The translations under genes and the position numbers were made by a program. This document shows, in pieces, positions 24,115-35,896 of a stretch of DNA of 64,000 bases (position 1 is its first letter; the number at the start of each line of letters is the position of its first letter). The DNA comes from Lophium mytilinum. Lineage: Eukaryota. The DNA lies in assembly GCA_010093605.1 (NCBI GenBank), contig MU004195.1, forward strand, positions 620,001-684,000. The letters run 5' to 3'. The notes beneath the pieces were generated by a model. The model was not told the origin of the DNA and ran no database searches. It saw only the letters and a program-made list of their open reading frames with translations.

Positions 24115-27100
24115 TTATACCAGGAGGAACACTTCAAGCTTCTCATTCGACAGTGCATCTGCGCCGACTATTCCAAAAACGTAGCAATCTCCAACCAAGC
24201 AGAACGTGTTTAGAGCCGGAGCTCGTCGAAGGATAAACGGCACTTTTGCGCCAACTATTGCCACCACAAGATCGCCAGCTTCTATGTTGGCAGGTCCCAG
24301 TCCAAGAAAGCCTTGTGCGGTAGTGAATGGTCGGCGGAAAGCGGAAACCCTTGCTATAGTAGCAAATTCGCGTTTCACAGTGTCGTTTATGACTCTTTGG
24401 GAAAAGAAATTGATGGAAGGTTTTTCGGACGGTATTTTTGCGGTCCACGTGCCTTCTTTGGTCAACTTCAAGCCTGCGCTTAAAGTGAGCCATACGGCTT
24501 CAGATCTCTCTTCGATGTCCGGAAACAGTTCCTCCGCAAAAGAGTACAAGCCATGTATGTATTCTACAGCATTTCGAAGCGGGCCCTTCGGGTCCTTCAT
24601 GACATCGTTTTCAGCGCCAGAGATCTGAATCCAAGGAACTCCAAGTCCCTCGACCAGACCAATTAAAGTACCATAAACCTGAAGGGTATGGTGATCGTAT
24701 AAGGATGGCAAGTGGTGAAGCGACCGGGTAGTGGTGTATGATGAGGACTGGCTAAATATTAGACCCGGCTTCAGGCTTGACCAATCCGGCACCCATGAGG
24801 GGAGTCCCGGAACGCATTTCTGGTGTCCGACATGTGATAAGATGTCAAGTTTCCCGGAGTGGCGACGGATGGCTGCTGTAGCCCTGGTAAAGACTTCAGA
24901 CGGCGAGTGCCTGTAATCAGGAAATATCCCAAGCTCTTCTGCATCACAAGACAACCCGAGAACCGCGTAGACCGAATCTCGTGGGTCTGACGCCTTATAA
25001 CTGCGGAGACGAGCCAGCAGTTCCAGCAATTCGATCTTCCTTTTGCGCCTCCTCAACGATTCGAAAACAGACATCTTCCTGAGCGATACTGCAATCGTTA
25101 AGGCCAAAGCAAAAGCAGGAGACTCCTCTAGTGGAACTTTCTGTTTGTTCGACGCTACAAACTTCTCCAATATCCTCAGAAAATGGTGCAGAGGTTCCCA
25201 ACCAATCTCTTTGTCTCCAACAACGACTGTCGTACGCCGAGCGAAAACAACTTCTTGGATAACCCATACTCGACCAAACCATGGGCGCTTGAAGAACTCG
25301 CCAAGGGCGTGTCCAAGGGAAATGGCTTGTGCTGCATTGGTATACAAATGAGCATAGTTGTCCGAGTAAGAATCCTTGATACTGGACGAAAGGTTTTGCC
25401 GACTATCCGCGGGATGCTCACTGAACATAGAGTTGTCAGAATGCTTCCCTAGTGGAGAAAAGGGCTCGCTCATATTCGATACCCATTGCCATACTTTGTC
25501 GCTAGCTTGATCCCTTTCTCCAAGCCACGCAATAACTGACTGGGCAGAGCTATAGATATCTGCGATGAGGCGGATCTGGGAGCTTTTCTCGTGCAAGTTC
25601 TTCTGGTTTATGCAAATCTGATCCACCCAGAGCGCAACCTTGGGTCGGTTGATTCGCATTGCTCGAAGAAAATCGTACAAATTATCAGTAACAGGTAGTG
25701 GGCATCCGTCAATATCAATTAGGCGACTACTTGAAGGATTTCCCCATGTATACGAGAGAGCGACGTATTCGGGGTTGCTTTGTAAAGAAACGGATCGTAG
25801 AGAGCAGCTGATTGTCTGGACGCCACTATCCGGAAGTATCTCCAAGAGACGAATCTCGGCTCGAGAATCGTTAAGAGGCGCGTAAAGATAACTACCGGTT
25901 TTGCGTGATTCCAGGAGATTTGTGACAACTGAGTGAGCAAGGACATGCGCTCGTTGTGACGATATGCCGCTCAAACTTGGCGAAGGCGGAAAATGTGGAT
26001 TCAAGGCCATGTCAGTGTCGACCCGGCAAAGGTTTGATATCGCAGACGACGCATTCGTAATCAGGTCTCTCGGCGTTGACTGGGAACCTGTGCTGACTGC
26101 CGGATTCAACTTCTCCATGATGCCGCCGTTTGCCTTTTCTACACCACTTAGCGCAGAGCAACACCGACTAGGTGGAAAGCAATTCGCTACATGCAGAGCG
26201 GAAGGCCGGTTTGTTGACTTAGGATCCAGCATGTTGCACAACACATTCATTTGCTTAATGTCGAGCGTGGATCTGAGGGCACCTGTTACCAAGTAACGCT
26301 GTTTCAGGATGTCTGAAACGTTAGACAATGAACTCATACCAGGATAGCCGTTGTTGACATCAAAAGCCATAGTTGTTTCGAGGAAGACGCAGCCTAGAGA
26401 AAACATGTCAGACGCCCGAGATGTACTAGACTGATGAGAAATGACTTCAGGCGCAGCATATCTTCTTGTGAAAGCCATCGAGGAACCGTAGTCGGGAATG
26501 GAAGCAATAGTGCAAGAGCCAAAATCCGCTATGCACCATCGATCGTCCTGCATGATCAATATGTTTTCTGGTTTCAGATCGCCGTGGCAGACTTCCTTGT
26601 CATGTATAGCAGCCACTGCGGAAGCAAGACACCCAAGATGCTCCACACTGTTTGTTGGAGTAGACGCCGGAAGCTGGTTCTCTAGAAGTTCTCGCAGAGT
26701 GCCGCGTCCTATCGGCATCATCAAGCCAATGTGCCTAGAATCGAGAAGCAGCCCAAAGCAGGCCATGATATGTCGATGGCGCAGTCGACTGAGCGCTTGG
26801 AACTCTCGTACAAGGGACATGCCGTGTTTGCAACGTTTAAGGGGATTTTCTCGGTGCTGTTGAGGAATGATGCATTCTTTGAGGGCTATTGGTTGTCCTG
26901 AATCGAGTCTAAACTTGGAAACACAGGCTAGAGCGCCTCTGCCTACAATCTCCTCTCGGCGGATTTTGGCTTGAGGAATCTCTACTGCAGAGAGGCTTTG
27001 ATCCAGTAGATTGGATCTGATGAGCAGAGTCTGTTCGATCGGCAATATGGGTGAATGTGCTCGCTTCTCAAGATGAATACGGACGGCTTCATGAAGGAGG

Positions 27101-28035
27101 TTGAGAGTGTTGCACGTATTCCAACAATCATAGAACCACTTGCTAGGATCATCGTTTGAATTTCCGTCCCCATCATCTGGCCCATGGAAGGCGTCTCGGA
27201 AGAACCTATCCTGCTCATCATCGGGGAGTTGACCATCTCCAAAGTTTCCTGGTCCGTTAGAGCCATCTGGTTCATGATTGCTGTCGCCATTGTTGTTGCC
27301 GTCGTCGTCATCGTCGTCGTCGTCTTCGTCGTCTTCGTCGTCGTTGTCGTCTTCGTCGTCGTTGTTGTCGTCACTATCATCTTCAATATCCTCCTCATCT
27401 CCGCCGTTGGTGCTACTGCTTTGACTTCTGCTATCGTCCCGGTCCTCGGTGTTGTCGAACTCGGCATCCCCAACTCTAGGCGGAGGGTAGGTGGCCAAAG
27501 GTGCAAGCCAGAGGTCCTGCCAAGATGCCATACTCATCCCATCCTTGAAATGCTTCTTGATATGAGCAACTCGTGTGTCCCAATCGATGAAAAGGTCGCC
27601 ACAGAACCCGCAGAACCTCGGGAAGGAGTTGTTGTTGGTGGGGACTTTCCACTGATCTACGATCGTCTTCGCATCAAGGTTTAGGTGGATGTTCTCGAGA
27701 TGTTGTTTCAAGTGGGCAGCCCTGAAAAACATCCGCCCGCCTTTCCCTGGTACCAAGTCTTTCTCTCGGCATGGTTTGACCTGATGATGTATTTCGAAGT
27801 GTCCTTCATTAGGGTATCGAACAGAACAATCTTTGAAAGTACAAACTTGGCCAGCGTCGTCTTCGAAAATGGTACCAAGATCACATACCCAAGCATGTTG
27901 AGGGTAGTTTTGCAGTTCGTGTCTCAGCCAGTCGCAATTAGTCCGCCACGATTGTCCGCAGCCCAAGGTGCACGCGTATCTTTTCTTCCGGTCGAACGGA
28001 ATCTGTCGGTTTGTTGTTCGTTCCTCGATAGTCAT
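24115..28035 (-). CDS. C2H2 zinc finger + acidic tract + Ser/Thr protein kinase + HET domain protein (3' part of a larger gene model)
   Basis: Zinc fingers YACTLGCG..WLRHE and CGFCG..HIKKHF. Kinase IALK, HGDLKPEN, DFG, YAAPE, SDMFSLG. HET YVALSYTWG, LWVDQICINQ, WFGRVWVIQE. HET-6-like C-terminus GFLGLGP..GD..LVGDCYV. Confidence 0.9.
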   Translation of the reverse strand: MTIEERTTNRQIPFDRKKRYACTLGCGQSWRTNCDWLRHELQNYPQHAWVCDLGTIFEDDAGQVCTFKDCSVRYPNEGHFEIHHQVKPCREKDLVPGKGGRMFFRAAHLKQHLENIHLNLDAKTIVDQWKVPTNNNSFPRFCGFCGDLFIDWDTRVAHIKKHFKDGMSMASWQDLWLAPLATYPPPRVGDAEFDNTEDRDDSRSQSSSTNGGDEEDIEDDSDDNNDDEDDNDDEDDEDDDDDDDDGNNNGDSNHEPDGSNGPGNFGDGQLPDDEQDRFFRDAFHGPDDGDGNSNDDPSKWFYDCWNTCNTLNLLHEAVRIHLEKRAHSPILPIEQTLLIRSNLLDQSLSAVEIPQAKIRREEIVGRGALACVSKFRLDSGQPIALKECIIPQQHRENPLKRCKHGMSLVREFQALSRLRHRHIMACFGLLLDSRHIGLMMPIGRGTLRELLENQLPASTPTNSVEHLGCLASAVAAIHDKEVCHGDLKPENILIMQDDRWCIADFGSCTIASIPDYGSSMAFTRRYAAPEVISHQSSTSRASDMFSLGCVFLETTMAFDVNNGYPGMSSLSNVSDILKQRYLVTGALRSTLDIKQMNVLCNMLDPKSTNRPSALHVANCFPPSRCCSALSGVEKANGGIMEKLNPAVSTGSQSTPRDLITNASSAISNLCRVDTDMALNPHFPPSPSLSGISSQRAHVLAHSVVTNLLESRKTGSYLYAPLNDSRAEIRLLEILPDSGVQTISCSLRSVSLQSNPEYVALSYTWGNPSSSRLIDIDGCPLPVTDNLYDFLRAMRINRPKVALWVDQICINQKNLHEKSSQIRLIADIYSSAQSVIAWLGERDQASDKVWQWVSNMSEPFSPLGKHSDNSMFSEHPADSRQNLSSSIKDSYSDNYAHLYTNAAQAISLGHALGEFFKRPWFGRVWVIQEVVFARRTTVVVGDKEIGWEPLHHFLRILEKFVASNKQKVPLEESPAFALALTIAVSLRKMSVFESLRRRKRKIELLELLARLRSYKASDPRDSVYAVLGLSCDAEELGIFPDYRHSPSEVFTRATAAIRRHSGKLDILSHVGHQKCVPGLPSWVPDWSSLKPGLIFSQSSSYTTTRSLHHLPSLYDHHTLQVYGTLIGLVEGLGVPWIQISGAENDVMKDPKGPLRNAVEYIHGLYSFAEELFPDIEERSEAVWLTLSAGLKLTKEGTWTAKIPSEKPSINFFSQRVINDTVKREFATIARVSAFRRPFTTAQGFLGLGPANIEAGDLVVAIVGAKVPFILRRAPALNTFCLVGDCYVFGIVGADALSNEKLEVFLLV
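27290..27385 (-). repeat. GAC/GAT trinucleotide-rich tract encoding a poly-Asp linker
   Basis: (gtc/ttc)n run on the + strand encodes DDNNDDEDDNDDEDDEDDDDDDDD. Confidence 0.85.
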
Positions 28036-28071
28036 ATTTCTAACACATGTGGGTCGATTTCTGGCGCATGC

Positions 28072-29286
28072 TTATACCGCGAGATCGAAGCCGGAGAGTC
28101 CAAGAGCCGGAACTGGGTTGCTTGGAGCAGTACTGCCATTCCCGACCGTTATGTCACCACTATGGACATTGACTGAACCGGCTGGGGCATTTACAGCAAA
28201 CCAGCGGAGAATTGAGATATAGGAGTATCGAGTGAGATTTTCGAAAGCATTGATTTGATCTGGTCCTGGGAAGGAGAGTTCGAAGCGGTTGTATTTCACC
28301 CAGCATTGGAATTGATCGATTACATTCTGTGGAACCTCTGGAGCTAATTGAGCTGTCGCGAAGGACGTCGTTTGCGAGCCACAGAATTCACCCAAGTCGT
28401 AGAACCAGCGATGTATGGTTTTGTCCTTAGCTCTAGTGAGGACTACGAGCGATGTGATTATGTCTAGGCCGGCTGAGGTACCCGGATTTGCGGCTCTCCA
28501 GAGTTGAAACTGATATTTCGCACCACGGAGCGACGGTGCCATGTGAAGATCGTCCTTTCTCGACGCATTGCTGACTCCAGTATATGCTTCGCCGGTGTGT
28601 GGACCGCTTTTAGCTAGTTCGTAGAGGGTGGGATTCGAATGACTTTCCCCAGAAGTGTGGGTGAATCCAACGTTGTCGGAGGTTGACAGCGAATGAGCGG
28701 TAGGGTACGGTCCAGAGGTAGCCTGCCCCATGAGTTTGCTCAGCTAGATGACAATTAGCCCAAAACAACAATCGTCTGAAAGTATGTTCCCGAGAGGGCC
28801 AACCTACCGGATGGTCGTTATAACTACTAGAGCAGCCTGTCAAGTAGATCGCCCTCCTATGTCCAAAATTTACAGCTTCAGCATTCGGGATGGTGTTGAG
28901 CGCCTTATTATACGTTAGTAACATGGTAACACTTGATTGCGTTGAGAACATTTGGCTCTAATTTGCCATCTCCTAAAGCGACCTTTGTCTCTGAAAAAGG
29001 TGGCACAATTGGACTTCCGAAAATCCATTGAAGCCCCAGAAGTAATCGTATGGTGAGGCGTTGCGTGAAATAAATCATGACAACTTACAGTATTAGTCTC
29101 GAAAGGTCGCGCCTGAGCGTTTTGTAGGGGACGCCACGCGTCCTCAACTGAGTCCATGCTGGACAAGCAAGTTCCCTGAACTGCATTGGGTGGATAGAGC
29201 CTGTTCGATGAACGCTTTGAAGGCCTGGGATGGATTTGCGCAAGCTCCTCTCGGTCTCGGGTTCGTTTCGTTCCAAGGCCCTCCAT
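28072..29286 (-). CDS. N-terminal part of the same gene with two degenerate homeodomain-like segments (exons 29286-29089, 28903-28808, 28743 onward); in-frame TAA at 28074-28072
   Basis: Two W...P......LT......I.RWF segments (TIHRWF, SILRWF). Phase-0 introns have TACTAAC and GCTAAT branch sites. The frame continues past the TAA into the ORF at 28035. Confidence 0.55.
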
Positions 29287-30640
29287 ATTTTCGACATTCA
29301 CGGTAATATATGGGCATTCGCTGCAGGATGAGGTGTAGAAAGGAGACAACAGTATGGACAGTCTGCATAGGTGACTGATGACCTGGGCGGGCGGTCCTGC
29401 TTGGATATGCCATAACCACACCAGGAGGGCGACATCGCCTTCAATGAGGCTCTGAGACCGGTCAGAAGTCGCCCTCGAGGCTGATGTGACGGTGGCGCTG
29501 TGCTGAAGCCGAGAAAGTGAGCCTTGCAAACCTTGGAAGGCGATGCGAGTGCTGGGCCGTGGACGGGGCGTTCGCCGATTCTCATTGGATGGATTCTTGT
29601 GACCTGAAGCGTGTACTTCAGAGAAGACTACGATTTCTCCGTATGAAAATATGGTTTCTTGGAATACCCCGAGCACGCGTATGTCCTTTTACCACTCTGC
29701 GTGACTACGTCGTCTGAGGTGGCCTAACAGGTTTAGTGTTTTTGTGAGATAAAATGCTGAAGCAAATCAGACCGCGGCAGATTACCAAGGTAGTAACTAG
29801 TGCCCCAGTTTTGGGATCATCCTAGCAAGAATCCTGGAGAATTTCAAGGTAGACATACTTTTCTGGGCAATACTGCTAGTTGCACTGCTAGAATTAGTGC
29901 TATCGGAGCTTGAACATACAAAGTTCTACTATAGAATAAAGTAGGCCTGCTGAGCTCGGGTAATTTGCGAGTAATTTGCGAACTACTTATCGTTTTTCGC
30001 AGTCGTGTCGTTGAAGGGCCTTGCTATGTTAGCAAGTAAGGAGCAAAGACTCAATTTATCAAAAATGATGTCCAGGAACACAATGCTATGCGCCCGTAAA
30101 TGATCACAGGAGCTCACGGGTTTGTTGAGCCTGCTCTGTTCGAGCCCTTGTATAGGCAGGATCAAGGTAGTTCTGAATGAGACAGGTCGCCGTAGAGCCA
30201 CGACATCCAGCTGCTTTGTAATGGCAAGACGTCTATACTTCAATTCGTCTAATTTGAAAGAGGCTTGGTGTGTGTTTGAAGCACCTCGGAATCATCAAGG
30301 GATTCTGCATACTTGGTGCTGTAGCCAATCAGCGTCGTGTATACGGTTAAGGGTGGATCGAACACCCCTGTCCGCCCTGTTCGTCCCCCCGCCCTATTCA
30401 TCGCTGCGACCAAAACCCACCTACACAACTGTTTTGTTAGTAATCTGACGTATGTGGAAAGATAGAGAATATAGCTGTGGAGTATGTTGAACTCGATATA
30501 TAAATGTGATGTTCGCTGTCAATCGAAGAATCATCACACTCTCAAAATTCCCTTCACAGCCTCCTCAAAGTGACTCTGACCAACAATATTTTATATCCAA
30601 ACATCTTCCAACCAGTTCCACAACAACAAAGACTCTCACA

Positions 30641-31580
30641 ATGTCTCCTCTTCCACGCCGCGCCATCATCGCCGTCACTTCTGCCACCGCTCCTCTCCAT
30701 GATGGCCAGCCAACCGGTCTCTTCATCAGTGAAGCTCTCCACCCTTTCCGAGATTTCAGAGCCGCTGGATTCGAAGTAGACCTCGTGTCTGAGAAAGGCA
30801 CCTACGTCGCTGATTGGCTGAGTCAAACACCGGACTTCCTGAACGGTGACGACAAAAAGCAATGGGACGATCTGAAGGGAGAGTTCCGCCAGAAGCTGGA
30901 CAACATGCCAGCCGTGGACACCATTGACGGCTCAAAGGTTTGTGAAGCCACAGAGCTTGATATCAGGACTACGCTCACGCGCGATTGATAGTACGGCATC
31001 TTCTTCGCCAGCGCAGGCCATGCCGCGCTGATTGACTACCCACATGCGAAAGGGCTGCAGAAGATCGCCACGGATGTTTGGGTGAACGGTGGTGTTGTGT
31101 CTGCGGTGTAAGTCCTCCATTCGCCTTCGAGTCGGGTCACCATTGGAGGTCTTGTCTAATTTACTTCATCTAGCTGCCACGGCGCAGCAATCTACCCCGG
31201 CGTCATCGATCCGGAGACCGGCAAATCTATCGTTGCGGGCAAGACTATCACCGGCTTCACAACTGAAGGCGAGAGTGACATGCACATCATGGAGCCCATC
31301 CGAAGCTGGGGCGAGCCTCTCATTGACGAGTGGGCGGAGAAGTTGGGTGCCAAGTGTACGTTGTTCTCCTTTTCTTGCCGGATATAATCAGCCTTGATGT
31401 TGGACCTGTGGCTACCACTTGAGATTAAAATTCGCTAATCCTTTGCCCCATACAGACGTTCGATCCAAGGGTGTCTGGGACGACTTCCATATCGTAGATG
31501 GGAGAGTTGTGACTGGTATGAACCCCCAGAGTGCGCATAGCACGGCAAAGGCCACACTGGAAGTTTTTGGCAAGCTCTAG
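30641..31580 (+). CDS. HSP31: DJ-1/PfpI family glutathione-independent glyoxalase (Hsp31-like), 4 exons
   Basis: [28 protein letters not shown] catalytic Cys across an intron, [17 protein letters not shown]. Confidence 0.9.
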
Positions 31581-32059
31581 AAGAAGAAAAGAGAGAAAAG
31601 AAATGGACGGTTTGGTGGCTCTTAAAGAGATGTTTGAGATCCATCTGAGTAGTAATTAGCTTTGGATACGCTCATACATTCAACCTATGCCTCCATCCGT
31701 GAACTCCCTGTCAACTTGTGGCTACAATGCGTGAGTGCTTAGGCCATGTGACCAGACTCCACTTATGCAAACCGATCTCCTCGGGCGCGTGTAACCATTG
31801 AAGACAATGCTGAGGTGTCACAATACCTGATTGAAACGCTTCCTGCTTGTCTGAGATTGCGATTTTTTTCTGGGACCTTTTTCGAATGGTTTGCAGTAGT
31901 CATGACGTTGGCCTCAATAGCCCACAGCTAAAGAGATAGTTGTAGTGAGTACAAAGCTCTGTCAAATTATAAGTACCTAATCTTACGCGACGGATAGTCC
32001 CGAGGTCGCGTCTCCCCAGGTCAGGGTGTTAAATCCGATCCTCAACACCACTTTTCATC

Positions 32060-33523
32060 ATGCGATGGCCTTTTCGGCTGCTACCACTGTCCTTACCCTC
32101 CAAAGTTGAGGCAACACGCCTTAGACCATCCAGTTTTCTTCCACGAATCCTCTCTCGAAACCTTCAATCGAATGCATCCAATACCGAATCCGAGGCGCGT
32201 CTTCTAGAACGTCTCATCGAGCCCTGCGAAGACCGCGCTGCTGCGAAGAACGAACTACGATGGCTCAAGGAACACGTGCAAAAGACTGCGCCGGGTGATT
32301 TGGAGGCGCAGCACGCTATGTTGAATAGTTTGGTGGACGAGAGGTCGACGGGCAAGCCGTTACAATATATCTTGGGAACGGAGTACTTTGGAGATCTCGA
32401 GCTGGAATGTCGCCCTGGGGTTCTTATTCCAAGGTATAGGAACTATAAATCGGTATTCTCGAATATAAGCTAATGAAAATCTTCAAGGCAGGAAACCGCC
32501 GCCTCTGTCTCCCATCTTGTCCACCTTCTCAGCCTGGCCCCCAAACTTCGGCGCCATCTTCGGGTTCTTGACCTATGCACAGGGTCCGGATGTATTCCGC
32601 TCTTGTTTCAGCACGAATTCACTAAGGCGCGACCAGAGATACAGCTCCGATTGCTTGGTGTAGACATATCTCCAGAGGCTGTCCAGCTCGCTCGGGACAA
32701 CCGGAGCCGCTTACTCGAAGCCGCCCATCTTCAGCTCCCAAATTGTGATGAGGACCAGGAAAATTCAGATCCGAGTGACATAGAATATAATACTCCTCGA
32801 CGGTCGCTCGAAGTATTGAAGACGACGGAATTTATTCAGGCAGATGTGCTCGCTGAGGATCCTTTACTCCAGGATCCCGCAGGACCAAAATCAGATATTC
32901 CGAGCCTTGAAGCAGCTCTACGTCTTCAATCAACCGTACGCCTCGGTAAAGGACGGCACAGAACAAGCACTTTTCATAAAGACAGACCGAAATGCTGGCC
33001 GGTTCTTATCTGTAACCCGCCATATATCTCTCCGGATGAGTTTGTGCGCACGACTAGCCGCTCTGTTCGTGAATTTGAGCCTAAGACAGCATTAATTCCG
33101 CCAGTGAATTCCCAGGGACAACACATAGACCAGGCCGACACGTTCTATCCACGCCTTCTAGAACTTGCCAACACACACCGAACGATGGTAGTGTTGTTCG
33201 AAGTCGCGGACATGGCCCAGGCGCTCAGAGTCGCGCAGATGGCTAAAAGCTACCGGAAACCATGGGATGAAACCCACGCTACGAACAAAACTTTGCGAGA
33301 CTCGATTCGATCTGGTGACCTATGGGATAGCATAGAAATCTGGCGTGACCAACCTGGGCAGGCACGCGAAAATGGGGTACCCGAAGTAATCGACGGCTTC
33401 CAAGTCGCCGGCCGTGGTAACGGCCGCTCTGTTGTCTGCTGGAAGTATGCGGCAAGGAGGTGGTTTGGAGATGAACATCCTATTTCAGCACAAATTGCGA
33501 AGATCAAGTCCCAGGTTACATGA
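32060..33523 (+). CDS. MTQ1: Mitochondrial HemK/PrmC-type N5-glutamine methyltransferase; intron 32434-32487
   Basis: PLQYILG, GVLIPR|QET, LDLCTGSGCI, ICNPPY, VREFEP; Arg-rich N-terminal presequence. Confidence 0.85.
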
Positions 33524-33595
33524 AAGTGGTTTATCTAATTGACAAAAAAACTCTACAGAACGGCATATGCCATCCCCTTGAACCCTAGGGCCACC

Positions 33596-34681
33596 TCAAG
33601 TTTCCACCAGGAGTTTCTCGGAGCTGATACCACCCTTCATTAACTCATCCAACGCCTTGTTGGCGGATCCTAAGCCCCCTTCGACGACCCTCGCTTTCGG
33701 ACTCGGCACGAGATCTCCCGACACGAGCTTCTCCTTTAGCCAGTCGTTGTACACGAAACGAAACTGCTCCTTTCTTGCCTCCAGCCCTTCAGGATTCAAC
33801 ACAAACTTCGCCTCGACGCCCTCCACCTTGGGCGAGTTTTCGTCCATGGGCGCCGCCATAGCAACTTTCCCCGTCTCCACGAACTTCAAAGTCTTCACCA
33901 CGTCCAAAGTCTCCTTGAAGTTCTGCGGCGTAGCATGATATGCCACATCAATACTCAACCCATCCTCCTTCGCCGCCTTCACAATCTCCTCCACCACCCC
34001 GGCGTTCTTGTAGTCAAACACCCGGCTCGCCCCCAAACTCTTCACATACGCATGGTTCTTCTCGCTCGCCGTCGCATACACCACGAAGCCAAACAAGCGC
34101 GCCGCGATCTGGACAGCCACGCTACCAACACTCCCCGCGCCACCCCAAACAAGCACCCCCTTCTTGTCTGCCGCCGTATACTTCGTATCCCGCGGCAGCC
34201 CGATCGTGTACCACCCCGCCCACGCCGTGCTCACCGCCATGGGCAACATAGCCGCGTCCTGGAAACTGACGGCGTCCGGAATCGGCGCCACGTTCTCCAC
34301 AGGCACAATCACGCGCGTCTGCAGCGCGCCGTAGTCCGGGTTCCCTTGCTCGAAGAAGGCGGCCGCGAAGGCGGTTACGCGGGTTCCTGGCGGCGGCGCG
34401 GAGGCTGCGACCGCGGAGCCGGCGCTGAGGACGACGCCGGCGACGTCAGAGCCGAGGATTGCGGGGTATGAGGAGATGAAGAGGCCGAAGTTGCGCTGGT
34501 AGCCGTCGACGGGGTTGAAGGCGACGGCGTGGACGGCGATGAGGAGCTCGTTGGGGCCTGGGGTTGGGGTTGGGCGGTGGCAGAGGGTTAGGGGGCCGCC
34601 TTTGGAGAGGAGCATGGCTGCGAGGTGCTGCCCCTCTGGGACGGGGGTGGTACTAGAAGAGACTTCGGTGTAGGACGCCAT
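33596..34681 (-). CDS. MDR-family oxidoreductase (enoyl-reductase/quinone-reductase-like)
   Basis: AFNPVD, ILGSDVAGVV, VLVWGGAGSVG, LGASRVFDY, KLLV; intronless, 361 aa. Confidence 0.9.
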   Translation of the reverse strand: MASYTEVSSSTTPVPEGQHLAAMLLSKGGPLTLCHRPTPTPGPNELLIAVHAVAFNPVDGYQRNFGLFISSYPAILGSDVAGVVLSAGSAVAASAPPPGTRVTAFAAAFFEQGNPDYGALQTRVIVPVENVAPIPDAVSFQDAAMLPMAVSTAWAGWYTIGLPRDTKYTAADKKGVLVWGGAGSVGSVAVQIAARLFGFVVYATASEKNHAYVKSLGASRVFDYKNAGVVEEIVKAAKEDGLSIDVAYHATPQNFKETLDVVKTLKFVETGKVAMAAPMDENSPKVEGVEAKFVLNPEGLEARKEQFRFVYNDWLKEKLVSGDLVPSPKARVVEGGLGSANKALDELMKGGISSEKLLVET

Positions 34682-35896
34682 AGTGAGCGATAGAGGTGGT
34701 ATTGGAGATTGAGATCAGAAGCGTGAGAGATGAGTGTTTGATAGGTGCGAGAATCTTGGAGAGGGAGTGCGTTGATATCAGCTCAAAAGCCAGGGACGAA
34801 AAGACCCTATATACTAATGTTACACAGCGCCGTGATGGTCACAGGACTTAACCACTGCCAAACCCCGGCGACCATCCGCAGCCTCAATCCCGATGCTTCT
34901 CAGCCCCAACGCCTTCAAGGCATCATCCACGCTGTAGCTGTCGGCGTGAAGGTACTATCAAACCCGCCGACATTCTCCCACTCCACTGATACAATTCGGA
35001 ATACGGAACTGGGTTAGACGGGCTACGTGAACATACGACGCTGGGTTAGCCGTACGTCGGCGTCATCGTTCCTGGCCCCCGATGCTCGAAATAGGAGAAT
35101 GGCATTCGGCGCCTTTACTTTCGCCGTAATCCGAGGTGGTGGGATTGGTTGCGGTGGTGTTTGCGGAGTTAGGGGATAACGCCGGGTCACGTGGTGTGCG
35201 TGTTCCAGGTGAAGGGGTGGGCTAGCAGGTGTGTTGGGTAGAATGGGTCGTCATGGATATGTGTGTACACGTCTATGATATAGTCTGAGGTTGTTTTGGG
35301 GGCATGGGAGGTTTTTCAAGAGGGGGCGTTGCGGCACGTTTTGGTTTTTGGAGATGGGTTGAAGGACTGCGAACTGAAATGCAAGGTCTCGCTAAGAACC
35401 TCCTCACGCCTATTTGGCATTGCTTGGAGTATCCCCATAGGCTTTCGGAAATCGAGGTGGGACGTAAACTCTGTGAACCCGCGATTTCGGCAACCTTTTA
35501 ACTGAAACAGCGACTTGGCAGCTGGGGTACTCCTGATGATGGTATACTGTTGTCAAGACCGGCATTGGAACAGTTCCATATTTACTCCCCTATCGGTAAT
35601 AAGACTGCAGTTTGTGATGATTGGTGGGTTGGTGGGGGTAAAACGCTGTGGGCTTGGGTTTTTCACACACGGAAGATATGTTGTATTAAGAATACTGTTT
35701 CATCTTAAAATCCAATGGCTTTCCATTTAGTAGGGCATCTAACTTAGTCGATTGCCCATACTGTTTCTTTTGAATGACGGTTTCCCTTCTCGTCAGTGAC
35801 TGGCTCCATGACTCCCTCGTGCAACTAATTAATACAGAAGAATAGATCAATCCCCGAAGCTCTAGAGGAAGCTCCAAGATTCGTTCAGAGTAGCCT

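Noticed and set aside
14370..34681. Detoxification gene cluster (FDH, glyoxalase, MDR reductase)
   Set aside because: The genes are far apart and interspersed with unrelated housekeeping genes; no shared regulator is evident.
35031..35060. acatacgac...agccgtac resembling fungal 5S rRNA pieces
   Set aside because: Matches are very short, wrongly spaced, and lack the rest of the ~120-nt gene.
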